DNA of 64,000 nucleotides from a virus (taxonomy: Duplodnaviria > Heunggongvirae > Uroviricota > Caudoviricetes). Positions 1 to 7,423 of the stretch are shown here, one piece after another. Location: IMG/VR virus record IMGVR_UViG_3300023371_000080; one strand, given 5' to 3'. The position numbers were made by a program, and so were the translations under genes. Position 1 is the first letter of the stretch, and the number at the start of each line of letters is the position of its first letter. Under the pieces are notes generated by a model, which ran no database searches, was not told the DNA's origin, and saw only the letters and a list, made by a program, of their open reading frames with translations.

Positions 1-193
1 TATACAACTCTCTCACCATATGCAACAGAACTGGCAAGTCATAGATTTGGTGAGTATGCAGCACTTTTGATGTGTCCCACTCACCATTGTCGATAAGCTT
101 GTCCTTACCAACTTTCATAATTCTTTTCTCGAAATCAATGTAGAATGGTTCTCCGTTCTCCACTCTTTCAAGTGCTTCAAAATAAATACACAT
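1..193 (-). CDS. Hypothetical protein, 5' part only (MCIYFEALERVENGEPFYIDFEKRIMKVG...), runs off window; first gene downstream of the RT array
   Basis: ATG at 193 with AGGAGGT RBS at 201-207; open for 64 codons to the window edge; not in ORF track. Confidence 0.8.
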   Translation of the reverse strand, partial: MCIYFEALERVENGEPFYIDFEKRIMKVGKDKLIDNGEWDTSKVLHTHQIYDLPVLLHMVRELY

Positions 194-217
194 TAATATG
201 ACCTCCTTGTATTTTTT

Positions 218-373
218 ATAGACACTCAATGACTGCAGCACATTACTTTAATTGCTTCATGATATCAGATAAGGGAAGCCTTAACGACGCAGATAATCTA
301 TGATAATGGATTATGTGCGTCGTTTGGGCTTATCAATTATCTGATGCTTGAATATAATCATTTTGTTGTCTAT
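218..373 (-). ncRNA. Array unit A (RT-distal, most diverged), putative structured RT template RNA
   Basis: IR ATAGACA 218-224/TGTCTAT 367-373; hairpin 264-345 (AACGACGCA/TGCGTCGTT core); strand assumed from co-orientation with RT. Confidence 0.7.
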
Positions 374-387
374 TGGTGTGCTCCATA

Positions 388-543
388 GATTGCTCAATAA
401 CTTCGGCATATTGCTTTAACTGTTTCATTTGTACAGGTTGTGCCCGAGCAGCCTGCCTTGATCTCCTCTCTCGATAGTGGAGGTGATGAGGCTGGCTTCT
501 CGGGTTAAACAACCTGTAGCATGAAGTTAATTACCTTGCAATC
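388..543 (-). ncRNA. Array unit B
   Basis: IR GATTGC 388-393/GCAATC 538-543; hairpin 432-518 (TACAGGTTGT/ACAACCTGTA). Confidence 0.75.
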
Positions 544-562
544 AACCGCTATGCTACGGGTT

Positions 563-718
563 CAAATTACTCACAACATCGATACATTTCTTTATTAGCT
601 TCATATCAAGCGAAATATGCCTGTCAGTGGCAGGATGAGACTGGGAAATTTCCCAGTAATCATCCTGCGGCTCACAGGTTAAATCGTCGCTTCTTGAATA
701 CTGTTGTCTTGTAATTTG
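563..718 (-). ncRNA. Array unit C
   Basis: IR CAAATTAC 563-570/GTAATTTG 711-718; hairpin 608-692 with apical palindrome ACTGGGAAATTTCCCAGT 640-657. Confidence 0.75.
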
Positions 719-735
719 TCGTTGTATTACGAATG

Positions 736-892
736 TAAATTACTCATGACATTGATACATAACTTTATTTGTTTCATATGTGAAGGCGTATCGCCAGATG
801 AAAGACGGGAAACGTCCCGCAGATAGGCGGGACGTATCCCGTCGAATCTGGTTAGAAGCGCCTTCTATTGAATGCTGCCACCTTGTAATTTA
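736..892 (-). ncRNA. Array unit D
   Basis: IR TAAATTAC 736-743/GTAATTTA 885-892; hairpin 782-865 (ACGTCCCGC/GCGGGACGT core). Confidence 0.75.
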
Positions 893-910
893 TTGCTGTA
901 CTGCAAATTT

Positions 911-1062
911 GAATTACTCACAACTTTGACACATTACTTTAGTTGTTTCATGAAAGGCGTCTGAATCAGGAGAAGCGATCAGAAAGCGGCGGGATAGCGC
1001 CGTGTGATGATCGCTTATCCTGAGTTGTAGACGCATTACTGAATTTAGTTGCCTTGTAATTC
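911..1062 (-). ncRNA. Array unit E
   Basis: IR GAATTAC 911-917/GTAATTC 1056-1062; hairpin 957-1034 (AAGCGATCA/TGATCGCTT). Confidence 0.75.
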
Positions 1063-1076
1063 GTGGTGTGTTCCAA

Positions 1077-1223
1077 ATGATTGCTCACAATGATGACACG
1101 TTACTTTATAGGTTTCATATTAAGAAGCAATTGTGGTTTCCATCCAAGGCGATGCCCCTCGCATCGCCGCCCCTCGAAATCATTTATTGCTTCTTGATTA
1201 AATTTTCATTGCCTTGCAATCAT
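1077..1223 (-). ncRNA. Array unit F (RT-proximal)
   Basis: IR ATGATTGC 1077-1084/GCAATCAT 1216-1223; hairpin 1121-1196 (AAGAAGCAAT/ATTGCTTCTT, GGCGATGC/GCATCGCC). Confidence 0.75.
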
Positions 1224-1232
1224 AATGTCGTG

Positions 1233-2495
1233 TTACATACATCTTACCAATGTTTCATATACTGCTCTCCTTGTCAGAATTGCATTCTGCATACACTTCA
1301 ATGTAAGGTATCCAGGAATTTCTTTCTCGGTTTTTGCTCGGTTTGCTGTTACATTCTTTCCTGTGCCTCTAAGAATTGTGTGGTCGGGCTGGTCGTTTAC
1401 ACTTCCAAGACCGCCAATCTTTGTCTTCTTAGTAGCGCAAGCTCTTAAGGCATCCATAACGTACATATTCAGCGTTTCAATGTCTTTCTCAACATTGATT
1501 ATAGGCAGTACTGATGTTGCCCAAGAGTATCGACCGTCTCCCTTATAGAGGAAGTTATTAACCGAGTTAACCGCTTTCGTCATTGAAATGTTGTGCTGTT
1601 TGATTGTTCTCGAAGCAATTTCCTTTTGGAAACTCTTGACACGAGAAGAGGACAGTGTGATTTGGTCACCCTTTATGTTGAAACCAAGGAACTTGACCCA
1701 TCTATCTTTATAAATCTGCTCAACTTTCTTGGGGTTGAGCGTCATATTCATATCCTCCAAGATAGATTTAACTACCCGAAAGGCAGAATCACACTCTTCA
1801 CCAATATACATCAAGTCATCTGAATATCTTACGTAATATCCAGGCATCATACTTGCCGTCTCATCGAGGTGATAGAGCACCGCATCTGCCAAGAACGAAG
1901 CAACTGCGCAACCCTGCTTTAATGACTGATAGTGCTCAATCAAGTTGCCGTCAACATCAAAGCATAAGTCTGTATGATAATACTTTCTAACAATATCAAG
2001 TATCTTCGACTCACCGCATTTCTCTTCCATTCTATCGAACACATCATCAATGTATTCAATCGGAACGGTGTCGAAATATTTCGTAAGGTCTGCCTTAAAG
2101 CCAACTTCTCGACCTTTGACGCTGATTACCTGTCTTGATACTTCCTGTACAACTTTGCCGCAACCAAGCCCAGTCTGGTATGACTTACATGACTTATGCA
2201 CAAATTCGGGGAACATTTCAAAGAACAAATTGTTCACAATAGACAAGAATATTCTATCAACATTCTCATTTACATAAACAATTCTCATATCTCCATTGTC
2301 CTTGGGAATAGCCACTTGATGGGGCGGAGCTATCTCATAGTTGTTACTCACAATACAGTTATACATTGCAAGTCTGACTTCGGGAGAGGTAAGTTTTCTC
2401 AACTCACCTTTATCAATTCCCTTGCCGACACCCAATTCGAGTGCCTGCTCCCAACGTTCTTTCTCAAAGAACTTTTGCAGTAAAATGTCTGTCAT
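1233..2495 (-). CDS. Reverse transcriptase (RVT_1), 420 aa, unclassified class
   Basis: RT motifs IPKDNGDMR, KADLTKYFDTV, LKQGCAVAS, YVRYSDD, KFLGF; GGAGGT RBS. Confidence 0.95.
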   Translation of the reverse strand: MTDILLQKFFEKERWEQALELGVGKGIDKGELRKLTSPEVRLAMYNCIVSNNYEIAPPHQVAIPKDNGDMRIVYVNENVDRIFLSIVNNLFFEMFPEFVHKSCKSYQTGLGCGKVVQEVSRQVISVKGREVGFKADLTKYFDTVPIEYIDDVFDRMEEKCGESKILDIVRKYYHTDLCFDVDGNLIEHYQSLKQGCAVASFLADAVLYHLDETASMMPGYYVRYSDDLMYIGEECDSAFRVVKSILEDMNMTLNPKKVEQIYKDRWVKFLGFNIKGDQITLSSSRVKSFQKEIASRTIKQHNISMTKAVNSVNNFLYKGDGRYSWATSVLPIINVEKDIETLNMYVMDALRACATKKTKIGGLGSVNDQPDHTILRGTGKNVTANRAKTEKEIPGYLTLKCMQNAILTRRAVYETLVRCM

Positions 2496-2509
2496 TCAGA
2501 CTACCTCCT

Positions 2510-2935
2510 TTAATACCATTCTGTGTAGTAGATGCCAGTATCTACCCATTCGTCTCCGTCTAGGTTTTCATACCAGCCTCCGTTTTCTCCCTCTTCTTCA
2601 GAAGGTCTCCATTTTCCTTTACCGTAAGTTGTGTCCATAGCGCCATCGAAACACTCTTCGCAACAGTACCAATCTCCGTCTCCTGCAATAAACCCTGCAT
2701 CGAAAGGTTTGCCGCATTCCTCACAGAATCTGATTTCAATATTGTCTAGTTCAAGGGCGTCTCGTATGTCACTCTCAATATTCCAACCTTTTTGATTTAC
2801 AAGGATGACATGTTCTTTACCTCTCTCCGTTGTCAGAAGTATGCTTTCCCCAATCAAATCTAGATTAAAAGCACGACCCCCAAAATCGTGCTCATATTTA
2901 CCGTGTTCTTTTAAGTAATCTATAATTGTTTTCAT
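2510..2935 (-). CDS. Hypothetical protein with C-terminal Cys cluster (CEEC...CCEEC), directly upstream of RT
   Basis: 141 aa ORF, GAGGAGG RBS, 14 nt gap to RT start. Confidence 0.8.
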   Translation of the reverse strand: MKTIIDYLKEHGKYEHDFGGRAFNLDLIGESILLTTERGKEHVILVNQKGWNIESDIRDALELDNIEIRFCEECGKPFDAGFIAGDGDWYCCEECFDGAMDTTYGKGKWRPSEEEGENGGWYENLDGDEWVDTGIYYTEWY

Positions 2936-2976
2936 TATTTATTCCTCCTCAGGATTATTATAATCATTTTGTCGTG

Positions 2977-3108
2977 TTAATACAATAGATATCTCTGAAT
3001 GTTTTCTCTTGTCCATTCATTTGGATTGAGTCCCGAAGCAAGAATATTCATTACTTCATCGAATGTTACGTTAATATATTTTTGTTTATCCACTAAGTAT
3101 ATTTGCAC
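2977..3108 (-). CDS. Small hypothetical protein (43 aa, GTG start)
   Basis: GGAGG RBS at ~3116-3120; fills the gap between neighbours. Confidence 0.5.
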   Translation of the reverse strand: MQIYLVDKQKYINVTFDEVMNILASGLNPNEWTRENIQRYLLY

Positions 3109-3120
3109 ATATATTCCTCC

Positions 3121-3369
3121 TTAGGAAATTAGTATTGCTTTGCCCTCAAGCTTGATATTGCATCCGTCCTCATTGATAAGTTCTACAAAGTCTGCATCTT
3201 CAGGATTGTCAATGTCCACAAGATTTGTGTACCATCCACAATGAATGCCATTAAGTTCGTCATCGTTTCCAAGGTAGATAGGGAGTGCACAGATGTCGCC
3301 CATTGTCATACCATCTTTCATTAAGTTGTGTACTACCTCAATTATTTGTCCAAGCGTAAGTTGTTTCAT
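3121..3369 (-). CDS. Hypothetical protein
   Basis: 82 aa ORF, tight operon packing, RBS. Confidence 0.75.
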   Translation of the reverse strand: MKQLTLGQIIEVVHNLMKDGMTMGDICALPIYLGNDDELNGIHCGWYTNLVDIDNPEDADFVELINEDGCNIKLEGKAILIS

Positions 3370-3372
3370 ATA

Positions 3373-3651
3373 TTACTCCTCCTTAAAATCTTCAGGTACT
3401 TCGAACCAACGATATTCGTTGATGAATGCATCACCCTCATAATGAGAGCAATCTACAAGAACAACGTTGAGATTGTTTTCTACTATGTGGTCAATTTCTG
3501 TTAGTGGGTAGTCCCACAGGTCGTCAAAGCCATATCTTGCAAGATGTTTGCGAATGCAGTTTACTGTTCCATCATATTTAGATATAAAGAAGTTACCTGT
3601 GATTCCCTCTACATAACTCTGCGGGTTATAGATATTATTTGATTTTACCAT
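3373..3651 (-). CDS. Hypothetical protein
   Basis: Start reassigned to MVKSNN after AAGGAGG RBS. Confidence 0.75.
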   Translation of the reverse strand: MVKSNNIYNPQSYVEGITGNFFISKYDGTVNCIRKHLARYGFDDLWDYPLTEIDHIVENNLNVVLVDCSHYEGDAFINEYRWFEVPEDFKEE

Positions 3652-3664
3652 TGTTTGTTCCTCC

Positions 3665-4069
3665 TTAACCAAAATACGTTCCGACAATGTGTCTGATGTT
3701 TGCTCGATAATCAAAGTCTTCAGGTAGATACTCGCCGAGTTTTTGCTTGAACTCAGCAATCAGCTCGTCCATATTTTCATATGCTGGCTTGAATAGCGTA
3801 GAATATGAACATATCGGAACATAGTAGATTCGATCTCCACTATAACTCTCTGTGCTTCCGTATTCATGACATCCACTATCTGTAATACGGAACGCTTCTC
3901 CTGAGAAGTCTCCAATATATTCACAAATGCCCTCATCATAAAGAGCATCACCGTATTCGTCTTCTTCTATATCGTCAAAGTCATCACATACTATTGATGC
4001 GATGGTTCTCATTGTTTCCTCTGTTAATAGCAGTCCGTAATCGTCAACTGCGTAATCTCTCATACTCAT
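3665..4069 (-). CDS. Hypothetical acidic protein
   Basis: 134 aa ORF with RBS. Confidence 0.8.
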   Translation of the reverse strand: MSMRDYAVDDYGLLLTEETMRTIASIVCDDFDDIEEDEYGDALYDEGICEYIGDFSGEAFRITDSGCHEYGSTESYSGDRIYYVPICSYSTLFKPAYENMDELIAEFKQKLGEYLPEDFDYRANIRHIVGTYFG

Positions 4070-4070
4070 A

Positions 4071-4268
4071 TTAGTTGTCCTCCTCGTCTTCGCTTCTCAC
4101 GCCGTCAATATCAAACGCATATTCAATCTGATATGCAAGGTCGCTCCAAGTACCTTCGACCTGAGCTTCTCTCAATGCTTTTGCAAGAGCAATAAGTGTG
4201 TGCTCCTCTGCTATAACCTCGATGTCATTTTCTATGAATTTGTATCTGTATTTGTCTACTTTTAACAT
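4071..4268 (-). CDS. Hypothetical protein
   Basis: ORF with GAAAGGA RBS. Confidence 0.7.
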   Translation of the reverse strand: MLKVDKYRYKFIENDIEVIAEEHTLIALAKALREAQVEGTWSDLAYQIEYAFDIDGVRSEDEEDN

Positions 4269-4341
4269 AATTATCATCCTTTCGCTCGTATATGTCCGAA
4301 TCGCCCAGACAGTTATATTATATCATAATCATTTTGTTTTG

Positions 4342-4713
4342 TTAATCCTCATCTTCATAGTCCCATTCGCTTAGCAGCTCTTGACCATTGCCCCACCAAG
4401 AAGGTTTACCGCTTCCCTCTTCAGTTTCTTCGTGAGTCCAACACTCAATTTCTTCGCCGTCAACATCGACAATAGGTGTAGCCCATACAGAGCATCCATA
4501 AACATAACCGTCATAATACTTACCTTTTGCGTAAATCAAGCCGCTTGTATTATTCCAATCCTCTTGAAGTCCTGCGTGAATTACCGCATTAGGATGCTCA
4601 TCTACAACCTTTTGTACCTTTTTCCAATCCATATACTTTTTTGAACCGATTGGCTTTGTTGCAACTGCCTGCGGACCAAGGAATCCCATTGCGAAATCTG
4701 TATAGCCTTTCAT
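4342..4713 (-). CDS. Hypothetical phage protein
   Basis: 123 aa ORF, GGAGG RBS. Confidence 0.8.
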   Translation of the reverse strand: MKGYTDFAMGFLGPQAVATKPIGSKKYMDWKKVQKVVDEHPNAVIHAGLQEDWNNTSGLIYAKGKYYDGYVYGCSVWATPIVDVDGEEIECWTHEETEEGSGKPSWWGNGQELLSEWDYEDED

Positions 4714-4759
4714 TTTTGTTTATTTCCTCCATTTAATTTATCTTTTGTAAAATGTTTTG

Positions 4760-5161
4760 TTAACCTACTCTTGTAATTCCGCCGCCAAAGGATTTAACGG
4801 CAACTGTGCCAAACTCGCTGCACCAGTCATCTGTCTTATTCCATACATAGGAGAATGCATAGCCCTCTTTGATATCTTCGAGTGTATCTTCCCACTCTTC
4901 CTCATATTTACTGATACAAAGAAGTTCATACAATTCACCAAATTCGGTCATTGTGTGAGTTACAGCGTATACTATTGAGCCATATTCGACTTCAAATTCT
5001 TTGATTTTCTTAAGCAGCTCAGGTTCATTATCTTCGTCGATGTAGTAACCTCCAAATCTCTCAAACAGAGTTACCGTGCCGTCTTTTTCGAACTTCTTGA
5101 TGTAAGGCTTATAGATGTCAAGTGATTTCATTGCGCTGATTGCGACTTCTTTCTGCGTCAT
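4760..5161 (-). CDS. Hypothetical protein
   Basis: 133 aa ORF, RBS. Confidence 0.8.
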   Translation of the reverse strand: MTQKEVAISAMKSLDIYKPYIKKFEKDGTVTLFERFGGYYIDEDNEPELLKKIKEFEVEYGSIVYAVTHTMTEFGELYELLCISKYEEEWEDTLEDIKEGYAFSYVWNKTDDWCSEFGTVAVKSFGGGITRVG

Positions 5162-5164
5162 AGT

Positions 5165-5578
5165 TTATTCCTCCTCCTGTGCGGCAATCGCTCTCTTCAA
5201 AGCATCCGCCATTCTTGGGTCTGTGTTAATTTCATCTATAGTTAAACCGAGTGCTTCAAGCGTGTCGGTAAGGTCTTGAGTATATCCATACTCGTGGTTG
5301 CCAAGTTCATAATTGAACATCTGATACAGATACTCATCATCCTGCATTGCGGCTTTACGCTCTGCCTCGTGACGGTCAAACATTTCATTCATTGCTTTAA
5401 TGTCGTCTCTGCGGATATAACTACCTCCGCCGAGAGTCAAGATTTCTCTGATGTCCGTAGGTTTGAGATCCCATTTCTTCATCATCTCATCGAATTGCTT
5501 TTGATTGAATGCAAATCCGAATGGGAATGTGTCAACCTCTTTTTGGTGCTTGGATTTAAGTTCTGTATATTTATTCAA
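5165..5578 (-). CDS. Hypothetical phage protein (FAFNQKQF, YELGNHEY motifs)
   Basis: 137 aa ORF, TTG start with GAGGAG RBS. Confidence 0.8.
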   Translation of the reverse strand: MNKYTELKSKHQKEVDTFPFGFAFNQKQFDEMMKKWDLKPTDIREILTLGGGSYIRRDDIKAMNEMFDRHEAERKAAMQDDEYLYQMFNYELGNHEYGYTQDLTDTLEALGLTIDEINTDPRMADALKRAIAAQEEE

Positions 5579-5789
5579 TATTATTCACTCCTCTAAATTT
5601 ATTCCGTTTCAAATCTCATTATATTATGCCATCTATCAAAATAAATTTTCTTTACTTTGATTTTTCGCAAGTCATACTTTTCGGCTATCTCTTCTTTTGT
5701 TAATTCATCACCATATAACATAATATAATCTTCGGTTGAACATAGTTTTAATGCCGTGTATAAATCAATCACTTTTCTTCATTCCTCCG

Positions 5790-6824
5790 TTAAAATCCAG
5801 TCTGTTTACCAACAAAGTTAATAGGCTTGTTAGTTTTCTTGCTTACTCCATGACCAACAACCTCAACGCTATAATCAACGTGTTTATCGCCCTTTTTACC
5901 ATAGCTTGTATCATGGTCAAGAGTCCAACGATTTTCTTTGACTACAAATTGAACAGTGCCCTTAAAATCTTTAATCCAAGTTGTCGTCCACTTTTTGTTA
6001 ATGTGGTCATCATAAGACGGATTATATTTTAACACATCATCGAGTAGAATGACGGAAACTAATCCTGCGTCGGCGCAAAAACTGCCTATCTTTCTGCGAG
6101 TGTCGGTGTTGTAAGTGGTGCAGCTCCAATCGCCATAAATTGTGTTGCGAGTCATAAAGTGATTGATGCCAAGAACGTCAAGACTATCTCCATATTCACT
6201 CTTTTCCCAGTCGCTGATTGGCTGTTCATTTCTCCATTTTTCATACGCACGGCTATGAGCGTCCCATTCAGCCTTGAGAATGGGAGACTCTCCGTTTACA
6301 CAGTCTGGATAATCAGAATGTCGCGGAGGGTATCTGAATGTTTTCCCATCTTTAATTTCTTCGCGAAATCTGGTGACGTAATCCCACCAATCAGGATAGG
6401 TAGAATAATCGTTTCCCTCTTGGTCATCTCTCATAATATAGCACGGGTCTGTGATAATGATGTCACCATCAAACTCCATGGGTTCAGAATCTTGGTAACG
6501 TTCATAACTTGTGCGTTCTAAACTACATAATTCCTCGAAATTAATGCCATCAAATATGTTCTCTATATCACTATAGAATTTCATATATGCCATTCTATCT
6601 TCGCCATAAAGTTCTTTTCGTTTATCATATAATTCACGCGGAATCATAAATACATAACTCGTGAATCCCATATTAACCATCTCTTTAATGTGACCTATAA
6701 TCATATCAATTTCATCGTTAGTAAAGATGTTGGTGCTGACCAAAGTATTTCTAATGTGTTGATAAAGTTCAGCGAGTTTGCCATCTCGCTCTTTATTCTT
6801 TTCTATTACCCAAGACTTATCCAT
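5790..6824 (-). CDS. Hypothetical protein (DIIITDPCY motif)
   Basis: 344 aa ORF with AAGGAG RBS. Confidence 0.85.
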   Translation of the reverse strand: MDKSWVIEKNKERDGKLAELYQHIRNTLVSTNIFTNDEIDMIIGHIKEMVNMGFTSYVFMIPRELYDKRKELYGEDRMAYMKFYSDIENIFDGINFEELCSLERTSYERYQDSEPMEFDGDIIITDPCYIMRDDQEGNDYSTYPDWWDYVTRFREEIKDGKTFRYPPRHSDYPDCVNGESPILKAEWDAHSRAYEKWRNEQPISDWEKSEYGDSLDVLGINHFMTRNTIYGDWSCTTYNTDTRRKIGSFCADAGLVSVILLDDVLKYNPSYDDHINKKWTTTWIKDFKGTVQFVVKENRWTLDHDTSYGKKGDKHVDYSVEVVGHGVSKKTNKPINFVGKQTGF

Positions 6825-6944
6825 TGGTATTCTCCTTCTTCTTTTCGCCCTTGGTCATTCTACCATCACAAGGCATTGTACGAGTTGTCTCGCCACAAGC
6901 CTTGAAGTAGATGCAGTTGATGCAGGGATGGATTGGTTGGTTTT

Positions 6945-7139
6945 TCATTGAGATACCTCCTTATTCCAGGCTTTTATTGCTTGCTTTTCTGTAAATCTCG
7001 TTACTTTTCTTCGGCAATAGCAACATAGAATCGTTGTGCCGATTGGAATACCAAGAAAATGTGTTTTATATGGCAGCATCATAGGTATCTCGCAGTTACA
7101 AGGTTCTACATTTTGAAAAATTATGGATTTCATTCGCAT
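6945..7139 (-). CDS. Small Cys-containing hypothetical protein (Lar-like AIKAWN ending)
   Basis: 64 aa ORF, overlapping operon packing. Confidence 0.6.
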   Translation of the reverse strand: MRMKSIIFQNVEPCNCEIPMMLPYKTHFLGIPIGTTILCCYCRRKVTRFTEKQAIKAWNKEVSQ

Positions 7140-7423
7140 ACCTCCTTGATGTCAGTATGTCTGACACAATATGTCTGTTTGCGGCTATCGGTTTGTAGTT
7201 CATAAGTAAACCAATAACCAGTATCATCGATGTGTTCGAGAGTTGTCATATACATTTCTCTCGGTAAAAAGGGCACCGAGGCGTAAAGTACCTCGAATGC
7301 CCTGTCTATCTTCTCTCTCCAACGCTTCTGCTTTTCAGCATCGAGTTGGATTTGAAGTCTGATATTTTCTTTTTCGAGAGCCGCTACTTGAGCGTAGAGC
7401 TCTGCTTTTGTGGGAGTTTTCAT
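7130..7423 (-). CDS. Hypothetical protein
   Basis: 97 aa ORF, ATGA overlap with upstream gene. Confidence 0.75.
   Translation of the reverse strand: MKTPTKAELYAQVAALEKENIRLQIQLDAEKQKRWREKIDRAFEVLYASVPFLPREMYMTTLEHIDDTGYWFTYELQTDSRKQTYCVRHTDIKEVCE

Larger units (their letters stand above)
218..1238. repeat. Tandem array of six ~170-nt structured repeat units downstream of the RT
   Basis: Conserved block CTCA..RAY...RRYAYRT..CTTTA...GYTTCAT ends at 260, 428, 604, 777, 951, 1118 (period 167-176 nt); each is followed by a long unrelated hairpin and enclosed by terminal inverted repeats. Confidence 0.95.

Noticed and set aside
264..1196. Array hairpins as tandem Rho-independent terminators
   Set aside because: Stems are far too long, lack adjacent U-tracts and are embedded in a conserved scaffold.
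218..1238. CRISPR array interpretation
   Set aside because: Repeats are degenerate, the period is ~170 nt, the variable parts are self-complementary hairpins, and there are no cas genes in the window.
1236..1260. Possible seventh unit (TGTTTCATAT at 1251-1260) inside the RT 3' end
   Set aside because: Spacing is 140 nt rather than ~170, CTTTA and CTCA are missing, and it lies in coding sequence.
218..2495. DGR or group II intron interpretation
   Set aside because: No TR/VR pair differing at adenines was seen, no avd-like gene, no domain V/VI after the RT and no interrupted host gene; a VR outside the window cannot be excluded.
1068..2640. Plus-strand ORFs overlapping the array and RT
   Set aside because: Antisense shadows with no RBS and implausible composition.
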